Source: Eledone cirrhosa (Eukaryota). From it: DNA of 64,000 nucleotides. The translations under genes were made by a program, and so were the position numbers. Below, piece after piece: positions 54,001-64,000 of this stretch. Below the pieces are notes generated by a model that was not told the DNA's origin, searched no databases, and was given only the letters and a program-made list of their open reading frames with translations. How positions within the stretch are numbered: position 1 is the stretch's first letter; every line of letters starts with the position of its first letter. The stretch is from assembly GCA_964016885.1 (NCBI GenBank), contig OZ024744.1, positions 82,336,001 through 82,400,000 on the forward strand, in the 5' to 3' direction.

Positions 54001-54003
54001 TAT
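48011..54003. repeat. Triplet-derived satellite/minisatellite, block 1 (unit ~45-60 bp, CATCACTGACACCACCATCATTGCCATCACAACCAACACCAC..)
   Basis: Direct inspection; internal 1,338-bp duplication (marker TATTTCC at 50011 and 51349). Confidence 0.95.
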
Positions 54004-54099
54004 ATTCAACTAAATCCACACAGTGGTCAAGCATGGCTGCTGTCTTATAATTTAAGCTAGTGAAAGTGTTCTTAGAAAGCAGAAACAAAATACCCTACA

Positions 54100-54285
54100 G
54101 TAAAGTTCCCTTCCGATGCATAAATCTGGGCAAGGTTGTTTGTGTGGAAGAGCAGCAATCACCTATGCATACCAGCCTAACCTCTCCATACCACCAATGG
54201 TGTCTAATGGAAAGGTAAGATCTGAAACAGCTTGACATCAGAGACATTGCAACTCATATCTACAGCTGGGTAAACTGGAGTAATG
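54100..54285 (-). mobile_element. Degenerate SINE, same family as 20387-20720
   Basis: Reverse complement ctccagtttacccagct..cctttccattagacacc..ggagagg. Confidence 0.65.
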
Positions 54286-54829
54286 AGAGAGAGAGAGAGA
54301 GGGAGAGAGAGAGGAAAGTATCCTCAAAGCAGAGACTTGGCTAAAATGTTTGCGATGGAATGGACTCTCTGAAAGGCACCCAAGGGCAAGTTGGTGGTGT
54401 TAAAACAAGCAACAGATTAAATCTACCATTCAAGTAGGCGATGGTCAGATTTTAACTCAGATTGTAAAGAGCCTGAACACATACTGTAAGGTGTTCCATA
54501 TGAAGATCTAATGTTCCGTCAGCTCACTGCTTTAGACTGGTATTTGAACTAAGTATATAAAGAGCCAGAAGAAATCCTATGAGATGCTCCATCCAAAGCT
54601 CTAATGTTCTGTCTGTTCACTGCTCTAGAATGGTATTATATTTATTGTCTTTGGAAGGATTAGAAATATAGTTGATCTTGGCAGGGTTTGAACTCAGAAT
54701 GAAATGTGCTGGAATAAATACCACAATGATTATTACTTCACAACCAATAGTAAGTCAGCTTGTTACATTATGGTGTATAATGTGGAGATTAATTCCTCTC
54801 TCAGAGAAGTAGAAGAGAACAGAATAATA

Positions 54830-57800
54830 TCACTGTCATCACCATCATTGCCACCACTATTATTGCCATCACAACCAACACAACCACAACCAACACCACC
54901 ACCACCATCACTGACCCCACCATTATTGCCATCACAACCAACACCACCACAACCAACACCAACACCACCACCAGCATCACTGACCTCACCATCATTGCCA
55001 TCACAACCAACACCACCACAACCACCACCACCACCACAATCATTGCCATCACAACCAACACCACCACAACCACTGACACCACCACAACCACCACCACTAC
55101 CATCACTGACACCACCATCATTGCCATCACAACCAACACCACCACAACCAACACCACCTCCACCAACACCACCACCACCATCATTGCCATCACAACCAAC
55201 ACCACCACAACCAACACCACCACCATCACTGACCCCACGATCATTGCCATCACAACCAACACCACCACAACCAACACCACCACCACCACCATCACTGACA
55301 CCACCATCATTCCCATCACAACCAACGCCAACACCACCACCACCACCATCACTGACACCACCATCATTGCCATCACAACCAACACCACCACAACCAAGAC
55401 CACCACCGCCACCATCACTGACCTCACCATCATTGCCATCACAACCAACACCACCACCACCAACACCACAACCAACACCACCACCACCATCACTGACCCC
55501 ATCATCATTGCCATCACAACCAACACCACCACCACCACCATCACTGACCCCACGATCATTGCCATCACAACCAACACCACCACAACACCACCACCACCAC
55601 CACCACCACTGACACCACCATCATTGCCATCAAAACCAACACCACCACAACCAACACCACCACCACCATAACTGACACCACCATCATTGCCATAACAACC
55701 AACACCACCAACACCACCACCACCATCACTGACACCACCATCATTGCCATCACAACCAACACCACCACCACCATCACTGACACCACCATCATTGCCATCA
55801 CAACCAACACCACCAACACTCCCAACACCACCACCAGCATCACTGACACCACCATCATTGCGATCACAACCAACACCACCACAACTATGACCACCACCAC
55901 CACCATCACTGACCTCACCATCATTGCCATCACAGCCAACACCACCACCACCAACACCACAACCAACACCACCACCATCACTGACCCCACCATCATTGCC
56001 ATCACAACCAACACCACCACCACCAACACCACAACCAACACTACCACCACCATCACTGACGCCACCATCATTGCCATCACAACCAACACCAACACCACCA
56101 CCACCACCATCACTGACACCACCATCATTGCCATCACAACCAACACCACCACCACCAACACCACAATCAACACAACCACCACCATCACTGACCCCACCAT
56201 CATTGCCATCACAACCAACACAACCACAACCAACATCACTGACCCCACCATCATTGCCACCACAACCAACACCACCACAGCCAACACCACCCCAACCATC
56301 ACTGACACCACCATCATTGCCATCACAATCAACACCACCATAAAAAACACCACCACCACCATCACTGACCCCACCATCATTGCCATCACAACCAACACCA
56401 CCACAACCAACACCACCACCACCATCATTGCCATCACAACCAACACCACCACAACCACCACCACCACCACCATCATTGCCATCACAAACAACACCACCAC
56501 AACCAACACCACCACCACCACCACTGACACCACCATCATTGCCATCACAACCAACACCACCACAACCAACACCACCACCACCATCACTGACCCCACCATC
56601 ATTGCCATCAAAACCAACACCACCACCACCACCATCACTGACACCACCATCATTGCCATCACAACCAACACCACCACAAACAACACCACCACAACCACCA
56701 CCATCACTGACACCACCATCATTGCCATCACAACCAACACCACCACAGCCAACACCACCACCACCACCATCACAGACACCACCATCATTGCCATCACAAC
56801 CAAACCACCACCACCATCACTAACCCCACCATCATTGCCATCACAACCAACACCACCACAACCAACACCACCACCATCATCACTGACACCACCATCATTG
56901 CCATCACAACCAACACCACCACCACCAACACCACCAGCATCACTGACACCACAATCATTGCCATCACAACCAACACCGCCACAACCAACACCACCACCAC
57001 CATCACTGACACCACCATCATTGCCATCACAACCAACACCAACACCACCAACACCACCACCACCACCCCCACCACCACCACCACCACCATCATTGCCATC
57101 ACAACCAACAACACCACAACCACTGACACCACCACAACCACCACCACCACCATCACTGACACCACCATCATTGCCATCACAACCAACACCACCACAACCA
57201 ACACCACCTCCACCATCACTGACACCACCATCATTGCCATCACAACCAACACCACCACAACCAACACCACCACCATCACTGACGCCACGATCATTGCCAT
57301 CACAACCAAGACCACCACAACCAACACCACCACCACCACCATCACTGACACCACCATCATTGCTATCACAACCAACACCAACACCACCACCACCACCGTC
57401 ACTGACCCCACCATCATTGCCATCACAACCAACACCACCACAACCAAGACCACCACCACCACCATCACTGACCTCACCATCATTGCCATCACAACCAACA
57501 CCACCACAACCAACACCACCACCACCATCACTGCTCCCACCATCATTGCCATCACAACCAACACCACAACCAACACCACCACCACCATCACTGACACCAC
57601 CATCATTGCCATCACAACCAACACCACCACCAACACCACCACCACCATCACTGACACCACCATCATTGCCATCACAACCAACACCACCACAACCAACACC
57701 ACCACCACCACCACTGACTCCACCATCATTGACATCACAACCAACACCACCACAACCAACACAACCACAACCACCATCACAGACACCACCATCATTGCAA

Positions 57801-60800
57801 CCACAACCAACACCACAACAACCAACACCACCACCACCATCACTGACACCACCATCATTGCCATCACAACAAACACCACCATAAAAAACACCACCACCAC
57901 CATCACTGACCCCACCATCATTGCCATCACAACCAACACCACCACAACCAACACCACCACCATCACCATCACTGACCCCACCATCATTGCCATCACAACC
58001 AACACCACCACAACCAACACCACCTCCACCATCACTGACCCCACCATCATTGCCATCACAAGCAACACCACCACAACCAACACCACCACCACCATCACTG
58101 ACACCACCATCATTGCTATCACAACCAACACCACCACAACCAACACCATCACCACCATCACTGACCCCACCATCATTGCCATCACAACCACCACCACCAC
58201 CACCACCATCACTGACACCACCATCACTGACACCACCATCATTGCCATCACAACCAACACCACCACAGCCAACACCACCACCACCACCATCACTGACACC
58301 ATCATCATTGCCATCACAACCAACACCACCACCACCATCACTAACCTCACCATCATTCCCATCACAACCAACACCACCACCACCAACACCACCACCACCA
58401 CCATCACTGACCCCACCATCATTGCCATCACAACCAACACCACCACCACCACCACCACTGACACCACCATCATTGCCATCACAACCAACACCAGCACAAC
58501 CTACACCACCACCACCATCACTGACCCCACCATCATTGCAATCACAACCAACACCAGCACAACCTACACCACCACCACCACCACTGACACCACCATCATT
58601 GCCATCACAACCAACAGCAGCACAACCAACACCACCACCAGCATCACTGACACCACCATCATTGCCATCACAACCTACACCACCACAACCACCACCACCA
58701 CCACCATCACTGACACCACCATCATTGCCATCACAACCAACACCACCACAGCCAACACCACCACCACCACCATCACAGACACCACCATCATTGCCATCAC
58801 AACCAACACCACCACCACCATCACTAACCCCACCATCATTGCCATCACAACCAACACCACCACAACCAACACCACCACCATCATCACTGACACCACCATC
58901 ATTGCCATCACAACCAACACCACCACCACCAACACCACCAGCATCACTGACACCACAATCATTGCCATCACAACCAACACCGCCACAACCAACACCACCA
59001 CCACCATCACTGACACCACCATCATTGCCATCACAACCAACACCGTCACCAACAACACCACCACCAGCATCATTGACACCACCATCATTGCCATCACAAC
59101 CAACACCAACACCACCAACACCACCACCACCACCCCCACCACCACCACCACCACCATCATTGCCATCACAACCAACAACACCACAACCACTGACACCACC
59201 ACAACCACCACCACCACCATCACTGACACCACCATCATTGCCATCACAACCAACACCACCACAACCAACACCACCACCTCCACCATCACTGACACCACCA
59301 TCATTGCCATCACAACCAACACCACCACAACCAACACCACCACCATCACTGACGCCACGATCATTGCCATCACAACCAAGACCACCACAACCAACACCAC
59401 CACCACCACCATCACTGACACCACCATCATTCCCATCACAACCAACGCCAACACCACCACCACCACCATCACTGACACCACCATCATTGCCATCACAACC
59501 AACACCACCACAACCAAGACCACCACCGCCACCATCACTGACCTCACCATCATTGCCATCACAACCAACACCACCACCACCAACACCACAACCAACACCA
59601 CCACCACCATCACTGACCCCATCATCATTGCCATCACAACCAACACCACCACCACCACCATCACTGACCCCACGATCATTGCCATCACAACCAACACCAC
59701 CACAACACCACCACCACCACCACCACCACTGACACCACCATCATTGCCATCAAAACCAACACCACCACAACCAACACCACCACCACCATAACTGACACCA
59801 CCATCATTGCCATAACAACCAACACCACCAACACCACCACCACCATCACTGACACCACCATCATTGCCATCACAACCAACACCACCACCACCATCACTGA
59901 CACCACCATCATTGCCATCACAACCAACACCACCAACACTCCCAACACCACCACCAGCATCACTGACACCACCATCATTGCGATCACAACCAACACCACC
60001 ACAACTATGACCACCACCACCACCATCACTGACCTCACCATCATTGCCATCACAGCCAACACCACCACCACCAACACCACAACCAACACCACCACCATCA
60101 CTGACCCCACCATCATTGCCATCACAACCAACACCACCACCACCAACACCACAACCAACACTACCACCACCATCACTGACGCCACCATCATTGCCATCAC
60201 AACCAACACCAACACCACCACCACCACCATCACTGACACCACCATCATTGCCATCACAACCAACACCACCACCACCAACACCACAATCAACACAACCACC
60301 ACCATCACTGACCCCACCATCATTGCCATCACAACCAACACAACCACAACCAACATCACTGACCCCACCATCATTGCCACCACAACCAACACCACCACAG
60401 CCAACACCACCCCAACCATCACTGACACCACCATCATTGCCATCACAATCAACACCACCATAAAAAACACCACCACCACCATCACTGACCCCACCATCAT
60501 TGCCATCACAACCAACACCACCACAACCAACACCACCACCACCATCATTGCCATCACAACCAACACCACCACAACCACCACCACCACCACCATCATTGCC
60601 ATCACAAACAACACCACCACAACCAACACCACCACCACCACCACTGACACCACCATCATTGCCATCACAACCAACACCACCACAACCAACACCACCACCA
60701 CCATCACTGACCCCACCATCATTGCCATCAAAACCAACACCACCACCACCACCATCACTGACACCACCATCATTGCCATCACAACCAACACCACCACAAA

Positions 60801-63800
60801 CAACACCACCACAACCACCACCATCACTGACACCACCATCATTGCCATCACAACCAACACCACCACAGCCAACACCACCACCACCACCATCACAGACACC
60901 ACCATCATTGCCATCACAACCAAACCACCACCACCATCACTAACCCCACCATCATTGCCATCACAACCAACACCACCACAACCAACACCACCACCATCAT
61001 CACTGACACCACCATCATTGCCATCACAACCAACACCACCACCACCAACACCACCAGCATCACTGACACCACAATCATTGCCATCACAACCAACACCGCC
61101 ACAACCAACACCACCACCACCATCACTGACACCACCATCATTGCCATCACAACCAACACCAACACCACCAACACCACCACCACCACCCCCACCACCACCA
61201 CCACCACCATCATTGCCATCACAACCAACAACACCACAACCACTGACACCACCACAACCACCACCACCACCATCACTGACACCACCATCATTGCCATCAC
61301 AACCAACACCACCACAACCAACACCACCTCCACCATCACTGACACCACCATCATTGCCATCACAACCAACACCACCACAACCAACACCACCACCATCACT
61401 GACGCCACGATCATTGCCATCACAACCAAGACCACCACAACCAACACCACCACCACCACCATCACTGACACCACCATCATTGCTATCACAACCAACACCA
61501 ACACCACCACCACCACCGTCACTGACCCCACCATCATTGCCATCACAACCAACACCACCACAACCAAGACCACCACCACCACCATCACTGACCTCACCAT
61601 CATTGCCATCACAACCAACACCACCACAACCAACACCACCACCACCATCACTGCTCCCACCATCATTGCCATCACAACCAACACCACAACCAACACCACC
61701 ACCACCATCACTGACACCACCATCATTGCCATCACAACCAACACCACCACCAACACCACCACCACCATCACTGACACCACCATCATTGCCATCACAACCA
61801 ACACCACCACAACCAACACCACCACCACCACCACTGACTCCACCATCATTGACATCACAACCAACACCACCACAACCAACACAACCACAACCACCATCAC
61901 AGACACCACCATCATTGCAACCACAACCAACACCACAACAACCAACACCACCACCACCATCACTGACACCACCATCATTGCCATCACAACAAACACCACC
62001 ATAAAAAACACCACCACCACCATCACTGACCCCACCATCATTGCCATCACAACCAACACCACCACAACCAACACCACCACCATCACCATCACTGACCCCA
62101 CCATCATTGCCATCACAACCAACACCACCACAACCAACACCACCTCCACCATCACTGACCCCACCATCATTGCCATCACAAGCAACACCACCACAACCAA
62201 CACCACCACCACCATCACTGACACCACCATCATTGCTATCACAACCAACACCACCACAACCAACACCATCACCACCATCACTGACCCCACCATCATTGCC
62301 ATCACAACCACCACCACCACCACCACCATCACTGACACCACCATCACTGACACCACCATCATTGCCATCACAACCAACACCACCACAGCCAACACCACCA
62401 CCACCACCATCACTGACACCATCATCATTGCCATCACAACCAACACCACCACCACCATCACTAACCTCACCATCATTCCCATCACAACCAACACCACCAC
62501 CACCAACACCACCACCACCACCATCACTGACCCCACCATCATTGCCATCACAACCAACACCACCACCACCACCACCACTGACACCACCATCATTGCCATC
62601 ACAACCAACACCAGCACAACCTACACCACCACCACCATCACTGACCCCACCATCATTGCAATCACAACCAACACCAGCACAACCTACACCACCACCACCA
62701 CCACTGACACCACCATCATTGCCATCACAACCAACAGCAGCACAACCAACACCACCACCAGCATCACTGACACCACCATCATTGCCATCACAACCTACAC
62801 CACCACAACCACCACCACCACCACCATCACTGACACCACCATCATTGCCATCACAACCAACACCACCACAGCCAACACCACCACCACCACCATCACAGAC
62901 ACCACCATCATTGCCATCACAACCAACACCACCACCACCATCACTAACCCCACCATCATTGCCATCACAACCAACACCACCACAACCAACACCACCACCA
63001 TCATCACTGACACCACCATCATTGCCATCACAACCAACACCACCACCACCAACACCACCAGCATCACTGACACCACAATCATTGCCATCACAACCAACAC
63101 CGCCACAACCAACACCACCACCACCATCACTGACACCACCATCATTGCCATCACAACCAACACCGTCACCAACAACACCACCACCAGCATCATTGACACC
63201 ACCATCATTGCCATCACAACCAACACCAACACCACCAACACCACCACCACCACCCCCACCACCACCACCACCACCATCATTGCCATCACAACCAACAACA
63301 CCACAACCACTGACACCACCACAACCACCACCACCACCATCACTGACACCACCATCATTGCCATCACAACCAACACCACCACAACCAACACCACCACCTC
63401 CACCATCACTGACACCACCATCATTGCCATCACAACCAACACCACCACAACCAACACCACCACCATCACTGACGCCACGATCATTGCCATCACAACCAAG
63501 ACCACCACAACCAACACCACCACCACCACCATCACTGACACCACCATCATTGCTATCACAACCAACACCAACACCACCACCACCACCGTCACTGACCCCA
63601 CCATCATTGCCATCACAACCAACACCACCACAACCAAGACCACCACCACCACCATCACTGACCTCACCATCATTGCCATCACAACCAACACCACCACAAC
63701 CAACACCACCACCACCATCACTGCTCCCACCATCATTGCCATCACAACCAACACCACAACCAACACCACCACCACCATCACTGACACCACCATCATTGCC

Positions 63801-64000
63801 ATCACAACCAACACCACCACCAACACCACCACCACCATCACTGACACCACCATCATTGCCATCACAACCAACACCACCACAACCAACACCACCACCACCA
63901 CCACTGACTCCACCATCATTGACATCACAACCAACACCACCACAACCAACACAACCACAACCACCATCACAGACACCACCATCATTGCAACCACAACCAA
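54830..64000. repeat. Same satellite, block 2, with 4,120-bp higher-order repeat
   Basis: Identical ORF translations offset by 4120 (55565/59685, 55887/60007, 56794/60914, 58675/62795). Confidence 0.95.

Noticed and set aside
47929-64000. Long Val/Met, Thr and Pro ORFs as CDS
   Set aside because: Four frames open through composition alone; frameshifts copied within the HOR; kept only as a low-interest finding

Overview
Eukaryotic, gene-poor, repeat-saturated window. The SINE families and microsatellite load suggest an octopod cephalopod (inference). No host gene could be supported. Contents: (1) L1/Tx1-clade LINEs of at least three ORF1 lineages, all degenerate and mostly next to (TTA)n or (TCTG/TCTA)n tracts; (2) Penelope-like elements (PLEs) with GIY-YIG/RT remnants and minimal hammerhead ribozymes (HHRs); (3) many short non-coding fold-back elements inserted in (TA)n with the PLE architecture [inverted arm]-[direct arm]-[unique tail], including a six-copy family built on an HHR 3' half, a tandem-HHR retrozyme-like unit and one element with a tRNA-like head; (4) about a dozen tRNA-derived SINEs; (5) about 15 kb of triplet-derived (ACC/ATC) satellite with a 4,120-bp higher-order repeat. 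The best candidate for an undescribed system is the set of short elements apparently mobilised by Penelope machinery, especially the tRNA-headed one at 6946-7291. All analysis was by eye and boundaries are approximate to a few bp.
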